The notes below the pieces were generated by a model. It saw only the letters and a list, made by a program, of their open reading frames with translations, was not told the origin of the DNA and did no database searches. A stretch of DNA of 64,000 nucleotides from Eledone cirrhosa (lineage: Eukaryota): NCBI GenBank assembly GCA_964016885.1, contig OZ024743.1, positions 78,678,001 through 78,742,000 of the forward strand. Direction: 5' to 3'. The number at the start of each line of letters is the position of its first letter. Position 1 is the first letter of the stretch. This document shows, one piece after another, positions 43,429 through 57,846 of the stretch. Position numbers and translations under genes: made by a program.

Positions 43429-43511
43429 AGCACGATGGCCGAGTGGTTAAGGCGTTCGACTTAAGTTCCAATGGACAATTGGCCGCGTGGGTTCGAACCC
43501 CACTCGTGCTA
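43429..43511 (+). tRNA. tRNA-Leu-TAA: tRNA-Leu(TAA) variant
   Basis: TTCGA anticodon stem; variable arm GGACAATTGGCC. Confidence 0.6.
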
Positions 43512-44415
43512 TATTATTTTTTCTTCAAGTTGTCATTTATCTTATTTATTCTATTGATTCCTGTGAATGTATGGCTGAATATGCTTGGGCACCGCCTTCA
43601 GAAGATTTCGCTAAAAATATTGATCCGAGCACAATTGCTTTGTGAATCACGGGACCGCAACTGATTATGAAACTCAGTTTAATCTGGTCAGTAATTTATA
43701 CCGATCGCCGAGTGTTATTAGACATTATCACCTATGACCAAATGACCACATGTGTTTGATCCACATTCAAGCTACATACTTATTCCTTTATTCTGGTTTT
43801 TATTGTATATTTTTTGTTATTTGTCTCCTTTTCATTCTTTATTTTTCTAATTATTAATTAAACCTCTTCAAAATATAAATTTTTAAATCCAATAATCTTG
43901 ATTTCATGAATTATCAATCTCTACAAACTTACATATAATGTATTATTCTAGGTTACTTTAAAGATATCTTCTAGAAACTCTCTAAATCTCACTCTCTACA
44001 ACCTGACATATAAAGTATTACTGCAGGTTACTTTATAGATATCTTCTAGTAACTCTCTAAATCTCACTCTCTACAACCTGACATATAATATATTACTTTA
44101 GGTTACTGTAAAGATATCTTCTAGAAACTCTCTAAATCTCACTCTCTACAACCTGACATATAAAGTATTACTGCAGGTTACTTTATAGATATCTTCTGGT
44201 AACTCTCTAAATCTCACACTCTATAATTTCAATCATCCAGTTGTCAACATAATAGAACCTTCCTGTTATACTTAATGTATTTTAACAGGACCACAAAACA
44301 ATAACATGAATATATCTCACTATAGAGTAGTAGATTTATGAAATAATTTGAATTTAACATACGTAACATTAGTTAGTATAGCTTTTAAATATAATTTCAT
44401 ATTGTGAATGACATG

Positions 44416-44498
44416 AGCACGATGGCCGAGTGGTTAAGGCGTTGGACTTAAGTTCCAATGGACAAATGTCCGCGTGGGTTCGAACCCCACTCGTGCTA
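44416..44498 (+). tRNA. tRNA-Leu-TAA: tRNA-Leu(TAA), consensus
   Basis: Identical to 21220. Confidence 0.95.
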
Positions 44499-45315
44499 AA
44501 TTATTTTTTCTTCAAGCTGTCATTTTATTTATTCTAATGATTCCTGTGAATGTATGGCTGAATATGCTTGGACACCGCCTTCAGATGATTTCGCTGAAAA
44601 TATTGATCCGAGCACAATTCTTTTGTGAATCACGGAACCCCAACTGATTATGAAACTTATTTTAATCTGGTCAGTATTTTATACCCATCGCCGAGTGTTA
44701 TTAGACATTATCACCTATGACCAAATGACCACATGGGTTTGATCCAAATTCAAGCTACATACTTATTCCTTTATTCTGGTTATTATTGTATATTTTTTGT
44801 TATTTGTCTCCTTTTCATTCTTTATTTTTCTAATTATTAATTAAACTTCTTCAAAATATAAATTTTTAAATCCAATAATCTTGTTTTCATAAATTTTCAA
44901 TCTCTACAAACTTACATATAATGTAGGTTACTTTAAAGATATCTTCTAGAAACTCTCTAAATCTCAATCTCTACAACCTGACATATAATGTATTACTTTA
45001 GGTTACTGTGAAGATATCTTCTAGAAACTCTCTAAAGCTCACTCTCTACAACCTGAGATATAAAGTATTACTGCAGGTTACTTTATAGATATCTTCTAGT
45101 AACTCTCTAAATCTCACACTCTATAATTTCAGTCATCCAGTTGTCAACATAATAGAACCTTCCTATTATACTTAACGTATTTTACCAGGACCACAAAATA
45201 TTAACATGACTATATCTCACTATATAGTAGTAGATTTATGAACTAATTTGAATTTAACATACGTAACATTAGTTAGTATAGCGTTTAAATATGATTTCAT
45301 ATTTTGAATAATATG

Positions 45316-45398
45316 AGCACGATGGCCGAGTGGTTAAGGCGTTGGACTTAAGTTCCAATGGACAAATGTCCGCGTGTGTTCGAACCCCACTCGTGCTA
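45316..45398 (+). tRNA. tRNA-Leu-TAA: tRNA-Leu(TAA), T-stem mismatch
   Basis: GTGTG. Confidence 0.7.
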
Positions 45399-46226
45399 AA
45401 TTATATTTTCTTCAAGTTGTCATTTATTTTATTTATTCTATTGATTCCTGTGATCGTACGGCTGAATATGCTTGGGCACCGCCTTCAGAAGTTTCCGCTG
45501 AAAATATTGATCCGAGCACAATTGCTTTGTGAATCACGGGACCCCATCTGATTATGAAACTTATTTTAATCTGGTCAGTATTTTATGCCGATCGCCGAGT
45601 GTTATTAGACATTACCACCTATGACCAAATGACCACATGGGTTTGATCCAAATTCAAGCTACATACTTGTTCCTTTATTCTGGTTTTTATTGTATATTTT
45701 TTGTTATTTGTCTCCTTTTCATTCTTTATTTTTCTAATTATTAATTAAACTTCTTCAAAATATAACTTTTTAAATCCAATAATCTTGCTTTCATAAATTC
45801 TCAATCTCTACAAACTTACATATAATGTATTATTCTAGGTTACTTTAAAGATATCTTCTATAAACTCTCTAAATCTCAATCTCTACAACCTGACATATAA
45901 TATATTACTTTAGGTTACTGTAAAGATATCTTCTAGAAACTCTCTAAATCTCACTCTCTACATCCTGTCATATGAAGTATTACTGCAGGTTACTTTATAG
46001 ATATCTTCTGGTAACTCTCTAAATCTCACACTCTATAATTTCAGTCATCCAGTTTGCAACATAATAGAACCTTCCTGTTATACTTAATGTATTTTACCAG
46101 GACCACAAAACAAAAACATGACTATATCTCACTATACAGTAGTAGATTTATGAAGTAATTTGAATTTAACATACGTAACATTAGTTAGTATAGCTTTTAA
46201 ATATAATTTCTATTTTGAATAATATG

Positions 46227-46309
46227 AGCACGATGGCCGAGTGGTTAAGGCGTTGGACTTAAGTTCCAATGGACAAATGTCCGCGTGGGTTCGAACCCCA
46301 TTCGTGCTA
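46227..46309 (+). tRNA. tRNA-Leu-TAA: tRNA-Leu(TAA), G-U in T stem
   Basis: CCCAT. Confidence 0.88.
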
Positions 46310-46657
46310 AATTATTTTTTCTAAAAGTTGTCATTTATTTTATTTATTCTATTGATTCCTGTGACTGTATGTCTGAATATGCTTGGGCACCGCCTACAGA
46401 AGATTTCGCTGAAAATATTGATCCGAGCACAATTGCTTTGTGAATCACGGGACCCCAACTGATTATGAAACTCAGTTTAATCCGGTCAGTATTTTATACC
46501 GATCGCCGAGTGTTATTAGACATTATCACCTATGACCATATGACCACATGGGTTTGATCCAAATTCAAGCTACATACTTATTCCTTTATTCTGGTTTTTA
46601 TTGTATATTTTTTGTTATTTGTCTCCTTTTCATTCTTTATTTTTCTAATTATTAATT

Positions 46658-48240
46658 TCTAAAACGGCATCATGAATGACTATAATGACTCTAAAATGGC
46701 GAAAAAGGCACCATAAATGACTAAAATGACGAAAACGGCACCATAAATGACTAAAATGACGAAAACAGCATCATAAATGACTAAAATGACTCCAAAATAG
46801 CTAAAACGGCCTCATAAATGACTAAAATGACTCTAAAATGGCTAGAACGGCATCATAAATGACTAAAATGACTCTCAAATGGCCAAAACGACCTCATAAA
46901 TGACTAAAATGATTCTAAAAGGCTTCATGATTAAAATTACTCTAAAACTGCATCATAAATGAGGAAAATGACTCTAACATGGTTAAAACGGCATCATGAA
47001 TGACTATAATGACTCTTAAATAGCTAAAACGTCATTATAAATGACTAAAGTTGCTAAAACGGCATCATAAATGACTAGAATGACTCCAGAATGGCTAGAA
47101 CGGCATCATAAATGACTAAAATGACTCTAAAATGGCTAAAACGTCATTATAAATGACTAAAGTGGCTCAAACGGCATCATAAATGACTAGAATGACTCCA
47201 AAATGTCTAAAACGGCATCATATATGACTAAAATGACTCCAAAATGGTTAAAACGGCATCTTAAATGACTGAAATGGGTAAAACGGCATTATGAATGACT
47301 AAAATGTGTCTAGAATGGCTAAAATAGCATCATAAATGACTAAAATGACTCTAAAATGGCTAAAACGGCATTATCAATGACTAAAATGGCTAAAACGGCA
47401 TCATAAATGACGAGAATGACTCCAAAATGGCTAAAACGCATCATAAATGACTAAAATGAGTCCAAAATGGTTAAAAATGCATCTTAAATGACTCAAATTA
47501 CTCTAAAATAGCTAAAAGGTCATTATAAATGACTAAAACGGCATTACAAATTACTAAAATGACTCTAAAATGGCTATAAAGGCATCATAAATGAGTAAAA
47601 TGGCTAGAACGTCATCATAAATGACTAAAACGTCATCATAAATTACTAAAACGGCATCATAAATGACTAAAACGGTATCATAAATGGGCTAATATGGCTA
47701 AAACGGCATCATAAATGAGTAAAATGGCCAAAACCAGATCATAAATGACTAAAACGTCATCATAAATGACTAAATGGCTAAAATAGCATCATAAATGAGT
47801 AAAATGGCTAAAAAGGCATCATAAATAAGTAAAATGACTAAAACGTCATCCTAAATGACTAAAACGTCATCATAATTGATAAAAACGTCATCATAAATGA
47901 CTAAAATGACTCTAAAAGGTTAAAATGGCATCAGAAATGACTAAAATGGCATCATAAATGGCTAAATTGTCTCTAAAATGGCATAAATTAGTAAAATGGC
48001 TAAAACGTCATCATAAATTACTAAAACGTCATTATTAATGACTAAAATGGCTAAAACGACATCATAAATGGCTAAATTGACTCTAAAATGTCTAAAACGG
48101 CATCATGAATGAGTAAAATGGACAAAACGTCATCATAAATGATTAAAATGACATCATAAATGAGTAAAATTACTCTAAAATGGCTAAAACGGCATCGTAA
48201 ATGACTCTAATATGGCTAAAATAGCATCATAAATGAGTAA
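46658..48240. repeat. 1583-bp A-tract satellite insertion, copy 2
   Basis: Same junctions as copy 1, with one extra 21-bp unit. Confidence 0.93.
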
Positions 48241-48721
48241 AAACTTCTTCAAAATATAAATTTTTAAATCCAATAATCTTGCTTTCATAAATTCTCAATC
48301 TCTACAAACTTACATATAATGTATTATTCTAGGTTACTTTAAAGATATCTTCTAGAAACTCTCTAAATCTCAATCTCTACAACCTGACATATAATATATT
48401 ACTTTAGGTTACTGTAAAGATATCTTCTAGAAACTCTCTAAATCTCACTCTCTACAACCTGTCATATGAAGTATTACTGCAGGTTACTTTATAGATATCT
48501 TCTGGTAACTCTCTAAATCTCACACTCTATAATTTCAGTCATCCAGTTGTCAACATAATAGAAACTTCCTGTTATACTTAATGTATTTTACCAGGACCAC
48601 AAAACAATAACATGACTATATCTCACTATAGAGTAGTAGATTTATGAACTAAATTGAATTTAACATACGTAACATTAGTTAGTATAGCTTTTAAATATGA
48701 TTTCATATTTTGAATAATATG

Positions 48722-48804
48722 AGCACGATGGCCGAGTGGTTAAGGCGTCGGACTTAAGTTCCAATGGACAAATGTCCGCGTGGGTTCGAACACCACTCGT
48801 GCTA
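48722..48804 (+). tRNA. tRNA-Leu-TAA: tRNA-Leu(TAA) variant
   Basis: TCGGA anticodon stem; ACCAC T stem. Confidence 0.6.
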
Positions 48805-49633
48805 AATTATCTTTTCTTCAAGTTGTCATTTATTTTATTTATTCTATTGATTCCTGTGATTGTACGGCTGAATATGCTTGGGCACCGCCTTCAGAAGATT
48901 TCGCTAAAAATATTGATCCGAGCACAATTGCTTTGTGAATCACGGGCCCGCAACTGATTATGAAACTCAGTTTAATCTGGTCAGTATTTTATACCGATCG
49001 CCGAGTGTTATTAGACATTATCAACAATGACCAAATGACCACATGGGTTTGATCCAAATTCAAGCTACATACTTATTCCTTTATTCTGGTTTTTATTGTA
49101 TATTTTTTGTTATTTGTCTCCTTTTCATTCTTTATTTTTCTAATTATTAATTAAACTTCTTCAAAATATAAATTTTTAAATCCAATAATCTTGCTTTCAT
49201 AAATTTTCAATCTCTACAAACTTACATATAATGTATTATTCTAGGTTACTTTAAAGATATCTTCTAGAAACTCTCTAAATCTCAATCTCTACAACCTGAC
49301 ATATAATATATTACTTTAGGTTACTGTAAAGATATCTTCTAGAAACTCTCTAAATCTCACTCTCTACAACCTGTCATATGAAGTATTACTGCAGGTTACT
49401 TTATAGATATCTTCTGGTAACTCTCTAAATCTCACTCTCTATAATTTCAGTCATCCAGTTGTCAACATAATAGAAACTTCCTGTTATACTTAATGTATTT
49501 TACCAGGACCACAAAACAATAACATGACTATATTTCACTATAGAGTAGTAGATTTATGAACTAAATTGAATTTAACATACGTAACATTAGTTAGTATAGC
49601 TTTTAAATATGATTTCATATTTTGAATAAAATG

Positions 49634-49716
49634 AGCACGATGGCCGAGTGGTTAAGGCGTTGGACTTAAGTTCCAATGGACAAATGTCCGCGTGGGTTCG
49701 AACCCCACTCGTGCTA
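49634..49716 (+). tRNA. tRNA-Leu-TAA: tRNA-Leu(TAA), consensus
   Basis: Identical to 21220. Confidence 0.95.
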
Positions 49717-50545
49717 AATTATCTTTTCTTCAAGTTGTCATTTATTTTATTTATTCTATTGATTCCTGTGATTGTACGGCTGAATATGCTTGGGCACCGC
49801 CTTCAGAAGTTTTCGCTGAAAATATTGATCCGAGCACAATTTTTTTGTGAATCACGGGACCCCAACTGATTATGAAACTTATTTTAATCTGGTCAGTATT
49901 TTATACCGATCGCCGAGTGTTATTAGACATTACCACCTATGACCAAATGACCACATGGGTTTGATCCAAATTCAAGCTACATACTTATTCCTTTATTCTG
50001 GTTTTTATTGTATATTTTTTGTTATTTGTCTCCTTTTCATTCTTTATTTTTCTAATTATTAATTAAACTTCTTCTAAATATAAATTTTTAAATCCAATAA
50101 TCTTGCTTTCATAAATTTTCAATCTCTATAACCTGACATATAATATATTACTTTAGGTTACTGTAAAGATATCTTCTAGAAACTCTCTAAATCTCAATCT
50201 CTACAACCTGACATATAATATATTACTTTAGGTTACTGTGAAGATATCTTCTAGAAACTCTCTAAATCTCACTCTCTACAACCTGACATATAATGTATTC
50301 CTGCAGGTTACTTTATAGATATCTTCTAGTAACTCTCTAAATCTCACACTCTATAATTTCAGTCATCCAGTTGTCAACATAATAGAACCTTCCTATTATA
50401 CTTAATGTATTTTACCAGGACCCCAAAACAATAACATGACTATATCTCACTATAGAGTAGTAGATTTATGAACTAATTTGAATTTAACATACGTAACATT
50501 AGTTAGTATAGCTTTTAAATATAATTTCATATTGTGAAAAATATG

Positions 50546-50628
50546 AGCCCGATGGCCGAGTGGTTAAGGCGTTGGACTTAAGTTCCAATGGGCAAATGTC
50601 CGCGTGGGTTCGAACCCTACTCGCGCTA
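50546..50628 (+). tRNA. tRNA-Leu-TAA: tRNA-Leu(TAA) variant
   Basis: AGCCCGA/TCGCGCT C-C mismatch; GGGC variable arm; CCTAC. Confidence 0.65.
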
Positions 50629-51456
50629 AATTATTTTTTCTTCAGGTTGTCATTTATTTTATTTATTCTATTGATTCCTTTGATTGTATGGCTGAATATT
50701 CTTTGGCACCGCCTTGAGAAGATTACGCTGAAAATATTGATCCGAGCACAATTCTTTTGTGAATCACGGGACCCCAACTGATTATGAAACTCAGTTTAAT
50801 CTGGTCAGTATTTTATACCGATCGCCGAGTGTTATTAGACATTATCACCTATGACCAAATGACTACATGTGTTTGATCCACATTCAAGCTACATACTTAT
50901 TCCTTTATTCTGGTTTTTATTGTATATTTTTTGTTATTTGTCTCCTTTTCATTCTTTATTTTTCTAATTATTAATTAAACTTCTTCAAAATATAAATTTT
51001 TAAATCCAATAATCTTGATTTCATGAATTATCAATCTCTACAAACTTACATATAATGTATTATTCTAGGTTACTTTAAAGATATCTTCTAGAAACTCTCT
51101 AAATCTCAATCTCTACAAACTGACATATAATATATTACTTTAGGTTACTGTAAATATATCTTCTAGAAACTCTCTAAATCTCACTCTCTACATCGTGTCA
51201 TATGAAGTATTACTGCAGGTTACTTTATAGATATCTTCTGGTAACTTTATAAATCTCACACTCTATAATTTCAGTCATCCAGTTGTCAACATAATAGAAA
51301 CTTCCTGTTATACTTAATGTGTTTTACCAGGACCACAAAACAATAACATGATTGTATCTCACTATAGAGTAGTAGATTTATGAAGTAATTTGAATTTAAC
51401 ATACGTAACATTAGTTAGTATAGCTTTTAAATATAATTTCTATTTTGAATAATATG

Positions 51457-51539
51457 AGCACGATGGCCGAGTGGTTAAGGCGTTGGACTTAAGTTCCAAT
51501 GGACAAATGTCCGCGTGGGTTCGAACCCCATTCGTGCTA
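51457..51539 (+). tRNA. tRNA-Leu-TAA: tRNA-Leu(TAA), G-U in T stem
   Basis: CCCAT. Confidence 0.88.
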
Positions 51540-52367
51540 AATTATTTTTTCTAAAAGTTGTCATTTATTTTATTTATTCTATTGATTCCTGTGACTGTAT
51601 GTCTGAATATGCTTGGGCACCGCCTACAGAAGATTTCGCTGAAAATATTGATCCGAGCACAATTGCTTTGTGAATCACGGGACCCCAACTGATTATGAAA
51701 CTCAGTTTAATCTGGTCAGTATTTTATACCGATCGCCGAGTGTTATTAGACATTATCACCTATGACCATATGACCACATGGGTCTGATCCAAATTCAAGC
51801 TACATACTTATTCCTTTATTCTGGTTTTTATTGTATATTTTTTGTTATTTGTCTCCTTTTCATTCTTTATTTTTCTAATTATTAATTAAACTTCTTCAAA
51901 ATATAAACTTTTAAATCCAATAATCTTGCTTTCATAAATTCTCAATCTCTACAAACTTACATATAATGTATTATTCTAGGTTACTTTAAAGATATCTTCT
52001 AGAAACTCTCTAAATCTCAATCTCTACAACCTGACATATAATATATTACTTTAGGTTACTGTAAAGATATCTTCTAGAAACTCTCTAAATCTCACTCTCT
52101 ACAACCTGTCATATGAAGTATTACTGCAGGTTACTTTATAGATATCTTCTGGTAACTCTCTAAATCTCACACTCCATAATTTCAGTCATCCAGTTGTCAA
52201 CATAATAGAACCTTCCTATTATACTTAACGTATTTTACCAGAACCACAAAACAATAACATGACTATATCTCACTATAGAGTAGTAGATTTATGAACTAAT
52301 TTGAATTTAACATACGTAAATTAGTTAGTATAGCTTTTAAATATGATTTCATATTTTGAATAATATG

Positions 52368-52450
52368 AGCACGATGGCCGAGTGGTTAAGGCGTTGGACT
52401 TAAGTTCCAATGGACAAATGTCCGCGTGGGTTCGAACCCCACTCGTGCTA
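52368..52450 (+). tRNA. tRNA-Leu-TAA: tRNA-Leu(TAA), consensus
   Basis: Identical to 21220. Confidence 0.95.
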
Positions 52451-53279
52451 AATTATCTTTTCTTCAAGTTGTCATTTATTTTATTTATTCTATTGATTCC
52501 TGTGATTGTACGGCTGAATATGCTTGGGCACCGCCTTCAGAAGTTTTCGCTGAAAATATTGATCCGAGCACAATTGTTTTGTGAATCACGGGACCCAAAC
52601 TGATTATGAAACTTATTTTAATCTGGTCAGTATTTTATACCGATCGCCGAGTGTTATTAGACATTACCACCTATGACCATATGACCACATGGGTTTGATC
52701 CAAATTCAAGCTACATACTTATTCCTTTATTCTGGTTTTTATTGTATATTTTTTGTTATTTGTCTCCTTTTCATTCTTTATTTTTCTAATTATTAATTAA
52801 ACTTCTTCTAAATATAAATTTTTAAATCCAATAATCTTGCTTTCATAAATTTTCAATCTCCACAACCTGACATATAATATATTACTTTAGGTTACTGTAA
52901 AGATATCTTCTAGAAACTCTCTAAATCTCAATCTCTACAACCTGACATATAATATATTACTTTAGGTTACTGTGAAGATATCTTCTAGAAACTCTCTAAA
53001 TCTCACTCTCTACAACCTGACATATAATGTATTCCTGCAGGTTACTTTATAGATATCTTCTAGTAACTCTCTAAATCTCACACTCTATAATTTCAGTCAT
53101 CCAGTTGTCAACATAATAGAACCTTCCTGTTATACTTAATGTATTTTACCAGGACTACAAAACAATAACATGATTATATCTCACTATAGAGTAGTAGATT
53201 TATGAACTAAATTGAATTTAACATACGTAACATTAGTTAGTATAGCTTTTAAATATGATTTCATATTTTGAATAAAATG

Positions 53280-53362
53280 AGCACGATGGCCGAGTGGTTA
53301 AGGCGTTGGACTTAAGTTCCAATGGACAAATGTCCGCGTGGGTTCGAACCCCACTCGTGCTA
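53280..53362 (+). tRNA. tRNA-Leu-TAA: tRNA-Leu(TAA), consensus
   Basis: Identical to 21220. Confidence 0.95.
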
Positions 53363-54116
53363 AATTATCTTTTCTTCAAGTTGTCATTTATTTTATTTAT
53401 TCTATTGATTCCTGTGATTGTACGGCTGAATATGCTTGGGCACCGCCTTCAGAAGTTTTCGCTGAAAATATTGATCCGAGCACAATTTTTTTGTGAATCA
53501 CGGGACCCCAACTGATTATGAAACTTATTTTAATCTGGTCAGTATTTTATACCGATCGCCGAGTGTTATTAGACATTACCACCTATGACCAAATGACCAC
53601 ATGGGTTTGATCCAAATTCAAGCTACATACTTATTCCTTTATTCTGGTTTTTATTGTATATTTTTTGTTATTTGTCTCCTTTTCATTCTTTATTTTTCTA
53701 ATTATTAATTAAACTTCTTCTAAATATAAATTTTTAAATCCAATAATCTTGCTTTCATAAATTTTCAATCTCTATAACCTGACATATAATATATTACTTT
53801 AGGTTACTGTAAAGATATCTTCTAGAAACTCTCTAAATCTCAATCTCTACAACCTGACATATAATATATTACTTTAGGTTACTGTGAAGATATCTTCTAG
53901 TAACTCTCTAAATCTCACACTCTATAATTTCAGTCATCCAGTTGTCAACATAATAGAACCTTCCTATTATACTTAATGTATTTTACCAGGACCCCAAAAC
54001 AATAACATGACTATATCTCACTATAGAGTAGTAGATTTATGAACTAATTTGAATTTAACATACGTAACATTAGTTAGTATAGCTTTTAAATATAATTTCA
54101 TATTGTGAATAATATG

Positions 54117-54199
54117 AGCACGATGGCCGAGTGGTTAAGGCGTTGGACTTAAGTTCCAATGGGCAAATGTCCGCGTGGGTTCGAACCCCACTCGTGCTA
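54117..54199 (+). tRNA. tRNA-Leu-TAA: tRNA-Leu(TAA), G-U in variable arm
   Basis: GGGC AAAT GTCC. Confidence 0.9.
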
Positions 54200-55027
54200 A
54201 ATTATTTTTTCTTCAGGTTGTCATTTATTTTATTTATTCTATTGATTCCTTTGATTGTATGGCTGAATATTCTTTGGCACCGCCTTGAGAAGATTACGCT
54301 GAAAATATTGATCCGAGCACAATTCTTTTGTGAATCACGGGACCCCAACTGATTATGAAACTCAGTTTAATCTGGTCAGTATTTTATACCGATCGCCGAG
54401 TGTTATTAGACATGATCACCTATGACCAAATGACTACATGTGTTTGATCCACATTCAAGCTACATACTTATTCCTTTATTCTGGTTTTTATTGTATATTT
54501 TTTGTTATTTGTCTCCTTTTCATTCTTTATTTTTCTAATTATTAATTAAACTTCTTCAAAATATAAATTTTTAAATCCAATAATCTTGATTTCATGAATT
54601 ATCAATCTCTACAAACTTACATATAATGTATTATTCTAGGTTACTTTAAAGATATCTTCTAGAAACTCTCTAAATCTCAATCTCTACAAACTGACATATA
54701 ATATATTACTTTAGGTTACTGTAAATATATCTTCTAGAAACTCTCTAAATCTCACTCTCTACATCCTGTCATATGAAGTATTACTGCAGGTTACTTTAAA
54801 GATATCTTCTGGTAACTCTCTAAATCTCACACTCTATAATTTCAGTCATCCAGTTGTAAACATAATAGAACCTTCCTATTATACTTAATGTATTTTACCA
54901 GGACCACAAAACAATAACATGAATATATCTCACTATAGAGTAGTAGATTTATGAACTAATTTGAATTTAACATACGTAACATTAGTTAGTATAGCTTTTA
55001 AATATAATTTCTAATTTAAATAATATG

Positions 55028-55110
55028 AGCACGATGGCAGAGTGGTTAAGGCGTTCGACTTAAGTTCCAATGGACAATTGGCCGCGTGGGTTCGAACCCC
55101 ACTCGTGCTA
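55028..55110 (+). tRNA. tRNA-Leu-TAA: tRNA-Leu(TAA) variant, possibly non-functional
   Basis: D stem GCA, TTCGA anticodon stem, CAATTGGCC. Confidence 0.55.
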
Positions 55111-56014
55111 TATTATTTTTTCTTCAAGTTGTCATTTATCTTATTTATTCTATTGATTCCTGTGAATGTATGGCTGAATATGCTTGGGCACCGCCTTCAG
55201 AAGATTTCGCTAAAAATATTGATCCGAGCACAATTGCTTTGTGAATCACGGGACCGCAACTGATTATGAAACTCAGTTTAATCTGGTCAGTAATTTATAC
55301 CGATCGCCGAGTGTTATTAGACATTATCACCTATGACCAAATGACCACATGTGTTTGATCCACATTCAAGCTACATACTTATTCCTTTATTCTGGTTTTT
55401 ATTGTATATTTTTTGTTATTTGTCTCCTTTTCATTCTTTATTTTTCTAATTATTAATTAAACCTCTTCAAAATATAAATTTTTAAATCCAATAATCTTGA
55501 TTTCATGAATTATCAATCTCTACAAACTTACATATAATGTATTATTCTAGGTTACTTTAAAGATATCTTCTAGAAACTCTCTAAATCTCACTCTCTACAA
55601 CCTGACATATAAAGTATTACTGCAGGTTACTTTATAGATATCTTCTAGTAACTCTCTAAATCTCACTCTCTACAACCTGACATATAATATATTACTTTAG
55701 GTTACTGTAAAGATATCTTCTAGAAACTCTCTAAATCTCACTCTCTACAACCTGTCATATGAAGTATTACTGCAGGTTACTTTATAGATATCTTCTGGTA
55801 ACTCTCTAAATCTCACACTCTATAATTTCAGTCATCCAGTTGTCAATATAATAGAAACTTCCTGTTATACTTAATGTATTTTACCAGGACCACAAAACAA
55901 TAACATGACTATATCTCACTATAGAGTAGTAGATTTATGAACTAATTTGAATTTAACATACGTAACATTAGTTAGTATAGCTTTTAAATATGATTTCATA
56001 TTTTGAATAATATG

Positions 56015-56097
56015 AGCACGATGGCCGAGTGGTTAAGGCGTTGGACTTAAGTTCCAATGGACAAATGTCCGCGTGGGTTCGAACCCCACTCGTGCTA
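56015..56097 (+). tRNA. tRNA-Leu-TAA: tRNA-Leu(TAA), consensus
   Basis: Identical to 21220. Confidence 0.95.
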
Positions 56098-56926
56098 AAT
56101 TATCTTTTCTTCAAGTTGTCATTTATTTTATTTATTCTATTGATTCCTGTGATTGTACGGCTGAATATGCTTGGGCACCGCATTCAGAAGTTTTCGCTGA
56201 AAATATTGATCCGAGCACAAATGCTTTGTGAATCACGGGACCCCAACTGATTATGAAACTTATTTTAATCTGGTCAGTATTTTATACCGATCGCCGAGTG
56301 TTATTAGACATTATCACCTATTACCAAATGACCACATGGGTTTGATCCAAATTCAAGCTACATACTTATTCCTTTATTCTGGTTTTTATTGTATATTTTT
56401 TGTTATTTGTCTCCTTTTCATTCTTTATTTTTCTAAATATTAATTAAACTTCTCCAAAATATAAATTTTTAAATCCAATAATCTTGCTTTCATAAATGTT
56501 CAATCTCTACAACCTGACATATAATATATTACTTTAGGTTACTGTAAAGATATCTTCTAGAAACTCTCTAAATCTCAATCTCTACAACCTGACATATAAT
56601 ATATTACTTTAGGTTACTGTGAAGATATCTTCTAGAAACTCTCTAAATCTCACTCTCTACAACCTGACATATAAAGTATTCCTGCAGGTTACTTTATAGA
56701 TATCTTCTAGTAACTCTCTAAATCTCACACTCTATAATTTCAGTCATCCAGTTGTCAACATAATAGAACCTTCCTATTATACTTAATGTATTTTACCAGG
56801 ACCCCAAAACAATAACATGACTATATCTCACTATAGATTAGTAGATTTATGAACTAATTTGAATTTAACATACGTAACATTAGTTAGTATAGCTTTTAAA
56901 TATAATTTCATATTGTGAATAATATG

Positions 56927-57009
56927 AGCACGATGGCCGAGTGGTTAAGGCGTTGGACTTAAGTTCCAATGGAAAAATTTCCGCGTGGGTTCGAACCCCA
57001 CTCGTGCTA
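56927..57009 (+). tRNA. tRNA-Leu-TAA: tRNA-Leu(TAA), GGAA/TTCC isodecoder
   Basis: Fully paired. Confidence 0.92.
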
Positions 57010-57763
57010 AATTATTTTTTCTTCAAGTTGTCATTTATTTTATTTATTCTATTGATTCCTTTGATCGTATGGCTGAATATTCCTTGGCACCGCCTTGAGA
57101 AGATTACGCTGAAAATATTGATCCGAGCACAATTCATTTGTGAATCACGGGACCCCAACTGATTATGAAACTCAGTTTAATCTGGTCAGTATTTTATACC
57201 GATCGCCGAGTGTTATTAGACATTATCACCTATGACCAAATGACCACATGTGTTTGATCCACATTCAAGCTACATACTTATTCCTTTATTCTGGTTTTTA
57301 TTGTATATTTTTTGTTATTTGTCTCCTTTTCATTCTTTATTTTTCTAATTATTAATTAAACTTCTTCAAAATATAAATTTTTAAATCCAATAATCTTGAT
57401 TTCATGAATTATCAATCTCTACAAACTTACATATAATGTATTATTCTAGGTTACTTTAAAGATATCTTCTAGAAACTCTCTAAATCTCACTCTCTACAAC
57501 CTGACATATAAAGTATTACTGCAGGTTACTTTATAGATATCTTCTAGTAACTCTCTAAATCTCACACTCTATAATTTCAGTCATCCAGTTGTCAACATAA
57601 TAGAACCTTCCTATTATACTTAACGTATTTTACGAGGACCACAAAATATTAACATGACTATATCTCACTCTAGTGTAGTAGATTTATGAACTAATTTGAA
57701 TTTAACATACGTAACATTAGTTAGTATAGCGTTTAAATATGATTTCATATTTTGAATAATATG

Positions 57764-57846
57764 AGCACGATGGCCGAGTGGTTAAGGCGTTGGACTTAAG
57801 TTCCAATGGACAAATGTCCGCGTGGGTTCGAACCCCACTCTTGCTA
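57764..57846 (+). tRNA. tRNA-Leu-TAA: tRNA-Leu(TAA), acceptor mismatch
   Basis: TCTTGCT. Confidence 0.75.
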
